Of a stretch of 64,000 nucleotides of DNA, positions 37,430-50,199 are shown in pieces. The first letter of the stretch is position 1, and each line of letters begins with the position of its first letter. A program made the position numbers and the translations under genes. The stretch spans positions 51,212,001 to 51,276,000 of the forward strand of contig CM126226.1 in assembly GCA_052327205.1 (NCBI GenBank), read 5' to 3'. This stretch comes from Somniosus microcephalus (taxonomy: Eukaryota). The notes beneath the pieces are model-generated. The model saw only the letters and a list, made by a program, of their open reading frames with translations. It ran no database searches and was not told where the DNA came from.

Positions 37430-37762
37430 CAGGAAACTTTCGTTTAACCGGAGGTTAAAAGCCCGGAAAGCTCTATCTACCGGCAAAATTCAGGAGCCAT
37501 TTTCTATAAGTTTTTTTACTTCTCGTTGCTTTTTTTCCCCCAGTCAGGCTCTGCAAGGTCTGTAGCTAAGCAACAGCTTCAGCTAGAGACGCTTGCAGTT
37601 GCAGCCGACTGTTTCGAAGCTGTTGCTAAGCAACAGGGTTTGTTGATTCTCACGGAGCTGAAAAGCTCTGTATGTTTTAACATTGCCGCTGGTTTATGCG
37701 GCAGTTTTGATCTAACGGCACCAGCTCGGTCCAGTCAGTGCCGGATACCAGAAAGTTTCCTG
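37430..37762. mobile_element. Tc1/mariner (pogo/Tigger-like) MITE, copy B, inverted relative to copy A
   Basis: TA|CAGGAAACTTTC ... GAAAGTTTCCTG|TA; interior is the reverse complement of 32868-33197. Confidence 0.88.
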
Positions 37763-37973
37763 TACATTGCAATTTATTTTGTATTTACTTATCTGCACAA
37801 AGTGCAACATTGAAATACTGCAGGGAGCCATAGATTCAACATAACTCTGCATAGTATAATCCATACCTTATATACAAGGCATGGAATGCTCTCGCCACCA
37901 CCGCTACCATCGTACACACTACTTAGAAATGCTTGATTTTTAATTTTTTTTTTCCCCACTCCCCCCATCGCAG

Positions 37974-38109
37974 TCTGGGTACAATTGGTGCTTGCTCCGA
38001 GTCTGGCAGCGATCGTTTTACAATTGAAGCATGTAAGGAGACGGAGATGTTGAACTACCTCATAGAGTGCTTTGACAGAGTTGGAATAGAAGAGAGAAAA
38101 GCTCCAAAG
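37974..38109 (+). CDS. UBE4B: UBE4B exon 8 (136 nt, phase 2-0)
   Basis: cgcag|T...AAG|gtaaac; [46 protein letters not shown]. Confidence 0.97.
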
Positions 38110-39390
38110 GTAAACTATTAAAACAGCTTTTATTTTTTTAATCAGTCTAGCTAAAATTACAAAAAAATCACTGTCTGGGTACCCAACTAGTACCAATCCT
38201 TGGTGTCGTTTTGATCACAATGTAAAGCATGAAATGAGGAAAGGCTTTTAGCACATCAAGCCTACTCCTTTCACAGAATCTATCCTATAATGGACTCCAT
38301 CCCAACTGTAATCTCCTGAGGAAAAAGTTGTTTACATACAAACGCAGAGGTAATTGAGAGAATTCCAAATCTTCAGCTGTACTTTCATCTCCACTATTCA
38401 ATCCTCACCTGTCCTCCACAGACAAGAACACTTTGGTTTTGTTTTTTTAACCCCTTCCCCTAAGAAACTGAGAACCATTTGTGGGCTATTGTGTGCAGCA
38501 TTTGATCACCTTTGCTTTTAACCTCTAGTCCTGTTTCCCAACTCGATATTTATGCAGCTCCTTTTTGGAGGAGCCATCAACTAAGCCTCAGTTGCTTTTG
38601 ATGGGAGTTTTCTCATCTCTCCACTGCTGGGGGGAGTCGAGGCTTGTTAAGTTTAACTGTGTTCTCTAGTAAAGCAGCTTTTATGTTGTGTGACACCCAT
38701 GCTAGCATCACCAGTTACTAACGCACGAGTCTCGCAAAGCTGGCTGCAGCCCAAAAGTACACCTGTTGGAGTCACTAAGATTCACCAGGACAGACCTGAC
38801 AAAAAGCAGGTAATCCCAGTCATCGTAGATTTACCTTTTTTTGGTTTTTTTGCAGCCAGCTTGGTAAAACCAGTGCAACTGGAACTGGTAGTGCTAACAC
38901 AGGTCTCGCATAACATGAAAGCCGTTTAAGTGAAATCAGTAAAGCTGCAAAATCAGTTGGGTTGATGTGGTACTTTTAATATGTTAATATTTTGATGACT
39001 GGAACCATGGACAAGATGCATGTGGCAGGGGATGGAGAGAAGTGAGCTGGTGAACAGCTGATGGTGGAAATGTTGACTGAAATTGAAGCTGCTGCCTATT
39101 AAATTGACGCATGGTTTTCCAGTAATATTTTAAGTTTAGATTATTTCTAAAATGTGCAAATATAAATTGCAAAGCAACTTAAGATTTCAAACAAACTTGT
39201 GCATTGCTCTCCCAGTTGGCTGGTGTGTTGATCAACATCTATCCATTTGTTCAGATCAGCTGGTCTAATTAACAAAGGTACTCCAGTCACATGTCCATTT
39301 TAGTCTGTCTCTTTTTAATTGCCTCCCCTTGGCCACCTACAGGGGAGGGTGATTGATCCTTTGGCCTATTTTTAGGGCTATTGAAGAAGT

Positions 39391-39856
39391 AACATAAGAA
39401 TCAGGGAGTAGGCCATTCGGCCCCTTGAGCCTGCTCCGCCATTCAATAAGATCATGGCTGATCTTCAACCTCAACTCCATTTTCCTGCCCGATCCCCATA
39501 TCCCTTGATTCCCCTCGAGCCCAAAAATCTATCGATCTCAGCCTTGAATAGACTCAACGACTCAGCATCCACAGCCCTTTGGGGCAGAGAATTCCAAAGA
39601 TTCACAACCCTCAGTGAAGAAATTCCTCATCAGTCTTAAATGGCCGACCCCTTATCCTGAGACTATGCCCCCTAGTTCTAGACTCTCCAGCCAGGGGGAA
39701 TCAACCTCTCAGCATCTACCCTGTCAATCCCCCTCAGAATCTTGTATGTTTCAATGAGATCACCTCTCATTCTTCTAAACTCTAGAGCGTATCGGCCCAA
39801 TCTACACAATCTCTCCTCATGGGACAGCCCCCTCATCCCAGGAATCAATCTAGTAA
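39391..39856 (-). mobile_element. CR1 3' fragment
   Basis: aacataagaa..ggagtaggccattcggccccttgagcctgctccgcc terminus followed by decayed ORF2 end. Confidence 0.88.
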
Positions 39857-39978
39857 AGTAAACCCAACCTGCAGATCGAACAACATTTGGGAACTGAGTT
39901 ACCGGGTACTTAGAGATATTTAGAGAGGGGCCAGGAGACGCATCTCAATTTGTTAATTGAAGGTGTTTTTATATTGTA

Positions 39979-40516
39979 CAGGAAACTCTCGTTTAAATGG
40001 CACCTAAATATCTGGAATTCTCTTAACCAGTAAAATTCATACTGCGAAAACAACACCTCAATAACCGGCAATGTTGCCGAGTCCAAGTCTCCCGCGGTGG
40101 CCGAGTTAGTCAGTGGGGGTAGTTCGCCAAACTGCCACTACTCGGCTTCTTGGCGCTGTCGGAAGTCCAAACACCTCAAAACCCCTGTAACAGGAGTCTG
40201 ACTCTCCCGTGCTGCCAGTAGTCTCTTCTGATCTGCCATTTTTCAGTTTACTGTATAAGTTTTGTATTACTGCTAAGTAATTATAGAGTTATGGATTACC
40301 CTCAACTAGCAGTACTGTACTTAATCAAGCATCTTCCACCATCCATTTAACACAACATTCTGTAGGTGAGTACCCAACTACTGTATACTGCACATTTCTT
40401 GATTTTTTATTTTTGTTAAAAATAGCCTCAGTAGATAACCCGCTCCGTCATCCGGAATTTTTAATCAACCGGCACCATCCCGGTCTCGTCGGTGCCGGAT
40501 ACCAAAGAGTTTCCTG
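39979..40516. mobile_element. Tc1/mariner (pogo/Tigger-like) non-autonomous element
   Basis: TA|CAGGAAACTCT ... AGAGTTTCCTG|TA; subterminal ccggcacc..ggtgccggatacc shared with copies A/B. Confidence 0.85.
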
Positions 40517-41223
40517 TACTAAGACCTATGCCAACACTGCCAGTTTTGGTGCATGGGTCTGACAGGCAGCAAACACCCGCTGGTAAACCTGCCAGAACTC
40601 CTAAAGTCAGGAAAAGTCAGTTTAAAATTTTTAAAAAAATTATATTTGAGTGGACCGTCTGGTTATAGTTAAATGTGACTATGATACTTGCAAGCCTTTT
40701 TCTCCTGTTTCAACACAACCATGGTGGCAGCTGATATTTGAAGTGTTGGAACACTGCAAGTGACTTCACGTGGCAACTGGTGACTAAAAATATATTTCAA
40801 ATCAGTAAACATGTTGACTGTGTCCAGCTTGTCGCCACTTGATTTTGGGAAAGAAACGCAGTGTAGTTGCACAATGCCCCATGATGTTTAGGGATGTAAA
40901 GGAAGAGTTATTTTTTTCTTCTTTCAAAGAAAATACAAACTAACCTGCCTCACCACATGATACTGAGTGTCACTGACTGACACTTCTGAGAAATTAGCTG
41001 CTTAGTAAATATGCTGACGGGATAAATGAAGGAAATAACGAGGGATGATTGGCATGCTGTTTGTGATTTTGGTGGGGGTAGGGGGCTTGAGTATAACTCT
41101 AGTTGGGGGTCTTGTATCTCTGAAAGTGTCACCTTTGGAGTATATTTTATGCTACCTTTGCTGAAATGTTTTTGTGCTTGAATGACTGCCGAATGTAACC
41201 AAAAATTTCTCAAATATTTTCAG

Positions 41224-41324
41224 ATGTGCAGTCAACCATCTGTTAGTCAGCTGCTCAGCAACATCCGATCCCAGTGTATTTCCCATGCTGCGCTTGTATT
41301 GCAGGGGGCCCTCACGCAGCCGAG
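41224..41324 (+). CDS. UBE4B: UBE4B exon 9 (101 nt, phase 0-2)
   Basis: tttcag|ATG...CGAG|gttagt; [33 protein letters not shown]. Confidence 0.97.
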
Positions 41325-42374
41325 GTTAGTTTCTCCGTCAAAATGTAAGTGTACTTCAGTTTGCTTACTGATGCAATGATTACATCAAGGTATTTGGGGA
41401 ACATGGGATGCTTCTTTGGTTGCCTAGACACAAAATCAAAACTTCCCTGGTTATCTATTTTATCTTGAGCCATTACTGATTTTTTTGTTAGCATTCCTGA
41501 TTTTACTTTTAAAGCTTTCACGATAACAAAGTGCCATTTAAAAACTTTTGGAGAACAGCAGTAAACTTGCTTGCTTTCAACTGCTGTAATCACTGGTTCA
41601 AATCCCAACTATACTTAATGTACCTCAGCCTGAGCTATGAACAGAAGAGGCTGGGTTGCTAGTCTCGCCGTTGGAGAAGGGAAGGTGTCATCCATCCTGT
41701 GTACACAACTCGGAACAAACCTGAAGCCAATATTTAGTGGGACCAATTTGCTATTGGTTGCTCTCCCATCTTAGACTGGGGAATAACATATTTGTTTTAA
41801 AACGTCAATTGGCTTCTAATCAACATCCTGTTTCTTCTTCTGGAGTCGCGTGTATTGATTTTCTTATACCCTTGATGGTTGTAGGACTTTGACGGTGATT
41901 CCAAACTAATTATAGTTTCATTGGATGTAACTTGGTTTGTGGAATCTTGTATAACAGCTGATTCTATAGGTTACTGCTTTTACTTTAAATACATATTACA
42001 CTGACGGAAAAGATAAATCAACTGGAATATGAACAATAAAAGTTCTTTATCCTGTTGTGCTGCAGGTTTTAAATCTCATATTGCAAAATGGGACTAAAAT
42101 GTATTTCACTGTGTGCTGCTGTTGTGTCTCTCTACTGGTGGTTCTACAAGATTTTCAAACACATTAATAAAGGTTGATTTTCTTATCAACAATATATATG
42201 AAATGTCTTTGACCTATATAGAACAGCTAAAATTTGTTAGTTCTGGTCGACAGAAAAAATGTCTTGATGATTGCCAAACAAGATGTCCCATACTGACCTT
42301 TTACTTGGATTTCCCCTCTCCTGCCTTTGCACCGAGTGACTCTTTAGTTACTTCAACCTTCACATAAATTCCAT

Positions 42375-42850
42375 GACTTTTGAAGAAAAATCTGCACCAT
42401 AAACTTAACTGGGCACTTCTCTCCACAGTTGCTGCAGTGTTTCCAGCGTTTTTGTTTCAGATTTCCAGCATCCACAGTTTTTTGATTTTTGTTTGTATAA
42501 ATTCTATTGCCCATTGTTCCCTCTGATCCCCCTGCCTGCCTTTCTTCACTCAACTCTCTGCACATCGACTTCCCCATCCACACCCAAGGCCTTGCCACAT
42601 GAGGGCCACAGATTCACGCACCTAGTGGTCGATTAGCCTTGTTGTTCGACACCAAATCTGACTTGGTCACCATGACAATATTACACCTCCCCCTCCATGA
42701 ACAAATCTTTGTACTACTCTAGACTCATGCTGGAGGATAGTGGCAATCTGAGACTCTTCGTCTCCGCTACTACATGTTTCTTCCAAGCTCCTTCCCTCTG
42801 CCCCTCCTTTCTCATCTCCACTGTCAAGTGTGAGGACCTTAATGGATCCG
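42375..42850 (+). mobile_element. Degenerate Penelope-type terminal fragment (about 42375-42495) followed by decayed L2 ORF2 piece
   Basis: tttccagcg.ttttgtttcagatttccagcatccacagt resembles the 52687-52887 family; C-rich L2-like sequence follows. Confidence 0.5.
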
Positions 42851-43705
42851 TATTGATATTTGTTCAATAAATCTGAAGCCTGCATCTTCCATCCTTTCTT
42901 GAGGGCTAACAATTATTCAACAGTAATATTACACACTGGAAATTGAGTAGGACTTATGTCTCATCATTCAGAAGGCAGAAATATCGATGGTTGAACCCAC
43001 TTCCTATGGGATGCAGTTACCGATTTAATTTGTTTACAGTTAGATGATCAATGGGATGGGGATAGTGACAGCATTCTGTACAGCACAATAGTTGTAATCA
43101 AAGATCTAGAAGCAGTCCAGAAAAGGTTGCTGTGCCCTTTTTAAAATATTAGCTACAGGGAGAAATAATCAGCCCAAGAAAAACACCCAAGAGGAACTTT
43201 TTGGTTCTGGGTTGTTCCCCTTTGTGCGAATGTATGTAATATTTTTTGCTGCAAGGCATCCTCGCATGCTCCGATTGAGAGAGTCACTGACAAACTGGTA
43301 TCACAGCACTGTTTTAAAGACTGTTTCCCTTCTGAAGGTGGAATTGCTCATCAGAGGGGGTGAAGTAGAATGTAACAGTAAGATGTAATAATGCAAATGT
43401 TCATGTTTTCCTGAAGTTAAAGATTACAGGGGCTGTAAAATGAATACAGCTTTTATGACACAATGGCACAATTTATGGTAGAACGGTCAACATGTCAATG
43501 GTCTGTTGATATCTTGCAGGCTGTCATTCGCATTTTAAACAGTCATTATCAAAAGTCTCTGGACTAATTCTTGGTCAAAAACTGCATCGACTCAGTCATG
43601 GCTAGGCAGCCACTTCAGTTTTCAGTGAAGTGAGTGGACTTCATCTTGGAATTGGGTTACCACAGCGAAGCTAATAAGGCAAAAAAATGTATTTCTATCA
43701 CACAG

Positions 43706-43820
43706 GTCCTTATTGCAGCAGTCATTGCTAGTACCGTATATGTTGTGTCGGAATCTTCCTTATGGCTTCATTCAAGAGCTAGTTAGAATGACTCATCAGG
43801 ACACAGAGGTATTCATACAG
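43706..43820 (+). CDS. UBE4B: UBE4B exon 10 (115 nt, phase 2-0)
   Basis: cacag|G...CAG|gtgaga; [39 protein letters not shown]. Confidence 0.97.
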
Positions 43821-43874
43821 GTGAGAAGTTTTGAAGATATTCCTGGATTCATTCATTCATGTCTTATTAAAGAT

Positions 43875-44752
43875 GTTAGCCGTGGCTCACTGGCAATCTT
43901 ACCCGAGTCAGAAGGCTGTGGATTCAAGACCCACTCCAGAGACTTGAGCACATAGTTTAGGCTTACATCTAGGAACATAGGATCAGGAGTTGGCCATTTA
44001 GTCCCTCGAGCCTATTCCGCTATTCAGTGAGATCATGTCTGATCTGTGACCTAATTCCATATACCTGCTCTTGCCCCATATCACTTAATACCTTTGGTTA
44101 ACAAAAATCTATCAATCTCGGATTTAAAATTAACACTTGATCTAGCATCAATTGCTGTTTGCAGAAGAGTTCTAAACTTCTACCACCCTTTGTGTGTAGA
44201 AGTGTTTCCTAACTTCACTCCTGAAAGGACTGGCTCTAATTTTTAGAATCCCCAACCAGCAGAAATAGTTTCTTTCTATCTACCCTATCAGTTCCCCTTA
44301 ATATCTTGAAAACTTTGATGAACTCACCCCTTAACCTTCTAAATTCCAGGTAATACAACCCGGGTTTGTGTAATCTCTCCTCGTAATTTAACCCTTGGAG
44401 TCCAGGTATCATTCTGGTAAACCTACACTGCGCTCCCTCCAAGGCCAATATATCCTTCCTAAGGTTAGTACTGACTGAGCGCTGTCTTTTGGATGAAACC
44501 TTGAATCAAAGCTTACCTGTCTTCTCGGGTGGATGTAAAAGATCCTGTGGCAGTATTCAGAAAGAGCAGGGAGGTTTTCCTTGTGTCCTCGCCATCATTC
44601 CTTCCTCAACCAACGTAACGAAAACCAAGTAACTGGTCGTTCATTTCATTTGCTGTTGTGGGATATTGCTGTACAGAAATTGGTTGCCCCACTTGCCTGC
44701 ACTTCAAAACTACTTCATTGGTTGTGAAATGTTTTGGGATGTCTTGTGGTAA
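43875..44752 (+). mobile_element. Deu-domain SINE split by a minus-strand CR1 3' fragment (about 43970-44465)
   Basis: SINE head ccgtggctca..gagtcagaagg.tgtgg.ttcaagacccactccagagacttgagcac resumes at agtactga..gctgtcttttggatga. The inserted piece encodes LEGAQCRFTRMIPGLQGLNYEERL. Confidence 0.85.
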
Positions 44753-44783
44753 CCATAGAATAGTACAGTACAGAAGGAGGCCA

Positions 44784-46274
44784 ATATACCAAAATTCCCT
44801 GGACACTGGAGAGGTCCCAGCAGATTGGAAAACTGCTAATGTAACACCCCTATTTAAGAAAGGAGGGAGACAGAAAGCAGGAAACTATAGACCAGTTAGC
44901 CTAACATCTGTCATTGGGAAAATACTGGAGTCCTTTATTAAGGAAGCAGTAGCAGGGCATTTAGAAAAACATACTGCAGTCAAACAGAGTCAGCATGATT
45001 TTAGGGAAGGGAAATCATGTTTAACAAATTTGCTGGAGTTCTTTGAGGATGTAACAAGCCGGGTGGACAAGGGTGAGCCAGTGGATGTGGTGTATTTGGA
45101 TTTCCAGAAGGCATTCGATAAGGTGCCACATAAAAGGTTAATGCATAAGATAAGAGCTCACGGAGTTGGGGGTAATACATTAGCATGGATAGAGAATTGG
45201 CTAACTAACAGAAAGCAGAGAGTTGGGATAAATGGGTCATTTTCTGGTTGGCAAACGGTAACTAGTGGGGTGCCACAAGGATCGGTGCTGGGGCCTAACT
45301 ATTTACAATCTACATTAATGACTTGGATGAAGGGACCGAGTGTAATGTAGCCAAGTTTGCGGATGATACAAAGATGGGTGGGAAAGCAAGTTGTGCAGAG
45401 GACTCAAAGAATCTGCAAAGGGATATAGACCGGCTAGGTGAGTGGGCAAACATTTGGCAGATGGAGTATAATGTGGGAAAGTGTGAGGTTATCCACTTTG
45501 GCAGCAAAAATAAAAAAGCAAACTATTATTTAAATAGAGAGAGATTACAAAATGCTACAGTTCAGAGGGACCTGGGGGTCCTTGTGCATGAAACACAAAA
45601 AGTTAGCATGCAGGTACAGCAAGTAATCAAAAAGGCAAATGGAATGTTGGCCTTTATTTCAAGGGGGTTGGAGTATAAAAGCAGGAAGGTCCTGCTACAA
45701 CTGTACAGGGTATTGGTGAGACCATACCTTGAGTACTGTGTACAGTTTTGGTCTCCTTATTTAAGGAAGGATATACTTGCATTGGAGGTAGTTCAGAGAC
45801 GATTCACTAGATTAATTCCAGAGATGAGGGGGTTGACTTATGAGGAAAGGTTGAGCAGGCTGGGCCTATACTCATTGGAATTTAGAAGAACGAGAGGTGA
45901 TCTTATCGAAATATATAAGATACTGAAGGGGCTCGACAGGGTAGATGCAGAGAGGATGTTTCCCCTCGTGGGGAAATCTAGAACTTGGGGGCAGCGTCTC
46001 AGAATAAAGGGTCGCCCTTTTAGAACTGAGCTGAGGAGGAACTTCTTCTCTGAGGGCTGTAAATCTGTGGAATTCTCTGCCCCAGAGAGCTGTGGAGGCT
46101 GGGTCATTAAATACATTTAAGGTGGAGATAGACAAATCTTTGCAAGATAAGGGAGTGAAGGGTTATGGGGAGCGGGCAGGGAAGTGGCTTTGAGCCCAAG
46201 ATCAGCCATGATCTTATTGAATGGCGGAGCAGGCTCGAGAGGCCAAGTGGCCTATTCCTGCTCCTGTTTCTTAT
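44784..46274 (+). mobile_element. Young 5'-truncated CR1 LINE with near-intact reverse transcriptase domain
   Basis: ORFs 44658-45350 and 45323-46120 join across a frameshift near 45295 (DWKTANVTPLFKKG, NYRPVSLTS, YLDFQKAFDKVPH, GVPQGSVLGP, KFADDTK). GCCA duplicated at 44780-44783 and 46275-46278; inserted in a short minus-strand CR1 tail. Confidence 0.97.
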
Positions 46275-47321
46275 GCCATTCGGTCCATCGAATCTGCACC
46301 AGCTCTTTCGAAGAGCAATACATAAGTTATGAAAGACACTAGACAAATACAAGTTTCTTTGTTCTTTAGTTTCATGTACTCCAAGGATTTGCCAAAAACC
46401 TTTTTTTACCCTGTTCCCTTTTCTAGTAATATAAAGAAAGGTATAATCAGCGCAGTGTACTCCTGATAAACTTTGTGCTTTGCACTCAAAACTTGAATTA
46501 TCCAGCAGTTTGAATTAAGCAACACAACATAGCAAAGTGGGAATTTAGTGCTGAAAATTGTATTATCAGATAATTTGAATTAAACAACTTTTAATTAAGA
46601 GGAATTGCCAGTATATTTCTCTTCCCTTTTCCTCTCCCACTAAATTGGAATGGTTATTTAGTTGATGTTTCTATCCTGCATAGTGTTTGCTATGGATTTT
46701 AAATTAGCATGCAGTAGTATTTCACTACATTGTAGTTATTTTATGTTTTTTTGGTACAAGATTTTAAATTTTAATCTGTGTAAAAGATTGCCAATTTAAA
46801 GGTACGCTGGAAAGTGAAGAGACTGCAGGGTGATTATGAATGACATTGGGAGGTGACGGCAGTACTGATTTTGATGGGGCGGGCAATGTAAATAATGGAT
46901 TAGCAATGCATTGAGTTATTTAGTAGTTAATCTCCTATCATCTCTGGATTGCAATTTCAGGTGAATTAAGTTTCTGGAGGCAGTCTCTATTGCAATTTTG
47001 GACATAAGATGTTGGGAATGGCACACCGATTTGAATATATTTTATTGATTTATAGATTAGCAGACGTAACATTAGCAAGTGTTGGCTAAACTACTGCCTG
47101 GACGATTGAAAATAATATATAATTTGGCACGTAACACCTTTCTCTCTCATCACCATATACTTTTGTATGCATTTCCCACTCCATATATATTGTATGGATA
47201 GTCTCTAGATGGAATTTTGCCATGAAATGTGACTGTTTTTGTGTACTTGGAAAGATAATTTCTTGACATTGTTTCACTCTGGCATGAGATTCCGAGCTTG
47301 ACATTATCTTCTGTTCAACAG

Positions 47322-47405
47322 ATCTTTGTTCCAATTATACAAGGTCTAGCAGTGGCTGTGAAAGAATGCTCCTTGGATGGTGATAACTTCAAGTACCCAC
47401 TTGTG
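47322..47405 (+). CDS. UBE4B: UBE4B exon 11 (84 nt, phase 0-0)
   Basis: caacag|ATC...GTG|gtaaga; [28 protein letters not shown]. Confidence 0.96.
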
Positions 47406-48438
47406 GTAAGAAGGGGGGAAACGTAATGTTTCCTATGTTCTAGACCTAATATTCATGATACCAATTTATTTTTGAGTCCATAGCTCATTGTATGAATTCT
47501 TTCAAGGCGGTGCTGAGTGTGATTCATATTTTGCAAATTAAATTTCTCTTGTATTTGGTTGCACAAAGTTTCTTTAGGCTCGATCTGTTGTGAATACTTT
47601 GTTATCCGGACTTATAATTATGCAAAATAGCTAGATACAAAATTTACGTATTATCCCTCAGAATTCTTTATCATCAGGTGTTCTTGTTTAAGCACCTCAT
47701 CCTCGTGTGCAAGATTATGTCAGATATTCTATCTTTAGAAGGAGGAATATATTCTTGTTTAGTGTAAACCCCTCTGTACAAGTCTCAAACTAACACAAAT
47801 GAAATTAATTTTCTAAATTTCTAGTGTCATGCACGTTGCCCGCAGAGGCAACCACAAGGGATGGATTCAGAGACCTGATATTCTATGCGCATGCAGAGCA
47901 TTAGCCTTTGCGAATGATGCCATCTAGTAGTGACATCCATGGAGTTTCTCGGGCAGAGGCATTTGGCTTTCTTGCTGATAGTGTGCCAAAGCCATCACTT
48001 GCTTTTACACGCCACTTTGATCTGAGTAGCCGCGAGTTAGCTGTATAACTCCACAGCGAGAACATTAGGTTAAAAGTTGACTGGTTTCTGCTTCAATCCC
48101 TGGGTTGTGGGAGTGGACCTTTCTCATCACGTTGCCAAGAAGTGTGGTTGAGGCCAGGACACTCTTTTAAAACGTGTAATGGGAAGACAGTAGGGTTGGA
48201 AGGACCGTTTCCATTATAAATGCTTTTATCATCTTCAGGGAAGAAATTCAGAACATGCCCCCACATTGAAAAAAACAAAACTAAAACCTGTTGGACACAG
48301 ATGCAGACAGGATATCATTGGTTACATTATGTTGTGGGATGTGAGCTTGAAAGTGGGTATACAAAGTGGTACTGATTGTGTTTATAAAGTAAAACCAGAT
48401 CAAGTATTGAAAATTCACAAATAATAAAGTAACATAAT

Positions 48439-49134
48439 GGCCCGTATTTTTCCGATGCCTACGGGTGTGTACGAACTGTGTACACACCCGTAGGGACATC
48501 GGAAATGCCGGTTTCAGACATGCGAAGCGCATCCGCTGAAAACCAGCATTTCCGATGCTCTTGACAGATCGGACGCCTGCCCTGGAGAAGGGCCTCTGCA
48601 GGGGGAAGAGTTCCGCTTTCTGCAGAACCTCCACCCGCTGAAAACACTTAGAAATCTTACGCCTTGAGTTGAGTTGAGAAAAGTTTTCCAAAAAAATGTT
48701 TCACTCATTTTATAATTTAAAATACTTTTTAAAAAAGGTAAGTTTATTTTTAGCCCTGTAAATTTTTTTCAAAAAATTAAATTTTTGTTTAATATTTAAT
48801 TTTAACTCATTTTAAAAACATGATGGTTTTTAAAAAATGTATTTAATGTTTTAGTGTCTTTTTGGGGTGATCTCCATTCATACTTTTGACGGGTCTATTT
48901 GTCAAAAGTATGAAGGGAGCTTCCTTTCTCCTATTGGCTGGCCTGGCCCACGTGATCCCAGGGGCGCTTGCGAACCGCATACGCCCCGGGATACGTGGGC
49001 CCTGCACATTTCAACTGTGGAGAGGCCCAGCATCGGAAGTGTCCGGACCTCGGGAGCCCTCGGGTAAGTGCGTAGAGTTTTTTCTGATCGGAGGCCTCCG
49101 CACGTAGGGAGCCTCCTATCGGAAATTACGGACT
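48439..49134. mobile_element. PIF/Harbinger-like non-autonomous DNA transposon (MITE)
   Basis: AAT|GGCCCGTATTTTTCCGAT ... ATCGGAAATTACGGACT|AAT; 3-bp TSD, GC-rich arms, AT-rich centre. Confidence 0.75.
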
Positions 49135-49386
49135 AATCTAAAGTAACATTCTAATAGAAGTTGAAACAAAACTGTCATAACCATGGGTTCAGTGGATCAC
49201 CCAAACTATTTAACTTCAGGAGAATCCTTCGACACAGCAGTAGAGTGCAATATAATTGAGGGGGGGAAAAATTCGTTCTCAAAACCAAATTAAATTTGGC
49301 CAGTCTTGCAGAGCTCGTCTTGTTTCTTTCAGTTCTATGATCTTATTAGTCACATTAAACTTAATAAAGCGCTTCTTTTATTTCAG

Positions 49387-49443
49387 GCATTACAAGAATT
49401 GTGTGAAATTAAGTTTGGGAAGACACATCCTGTGTGCACTTTG
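49387..49443 (+). CDS. UBE4B: UBE4B exon 12 (57 nt, phase 0-0)
   Basis: tttcag|GCA...TTG|gtaagt; ALQELCEIKFGKTHPVCTL. Confidence 0.96.
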
Positions 49444-50199
49444 GTAAGTTTTATTTCATTCTGTATTGACTGCTTTACAGCTCATTACGCAAATAGATTA
49501 TCCAAGATACATCAGTTAAAAGAAAGACTTGCATTTATATAGCGCCTTTCACGACCACCAGACATCCCAAAGTGCTTTACAGCCAATTAAGTATTTTTTG
49601 ACGTATGGTCACTGTTGTAATGTAAGAAATGTGGCAGCCAATTTGCACACAGTAAGCTCCCACAAACAGCAATGTGATAATCACCTGATAATCTGTTTTT
49701 ATGTTAATCAAAAATGACTTTATATAGAAAGCACAAATTAATATTCTTTCCTCGGTAGTAGTTTATGACCAGTTGCACAAGATGTGGGGGGAGGGGGGGG
49801 AGGAAGTTACCAAAAATTGTGACAAGGTTATCTGTGTAGTTTTATATATGTATATTATAAAATTATTCCTCATTTTAAGCATTAAACTTTAATCCAATTT
49901 ACTGGCTACCCTAATGGCTCGGTGAGTTTATCCAGCGAGTAGCTGATCCACACAGACCAGTAAGGTCTTTGGGCTCAATCCCTGATCTGTGTTGAATTAG
50001 CTGGTTTCTGCTAGGGCAGCAGTGGGGATGCTACTATTAGTCTCCGCACTCCTGATGAGTTAGAGCAGGAGAATTCAGCCAGGGCTCTTAATCTGATGGT
50101 TATCAAGCAGCCCCGCTGGAATCTGTGGTGACTGTGGATTTCAGATGCGGTAGGATCAGACTCCGCAGTGGTGTACCAGACAGTCACATAGCCTGCCAG

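Noticed and set aside
44658-46120. Two long RT ORFs as a host gene, retron or domesticated reverse transcriptase
   Set aside because: Typical 5'-truncated CR1 ORF2 with frameshifts, 3' UTR and TSD; the apparent ATG start comes from adjacent SINE sequence.
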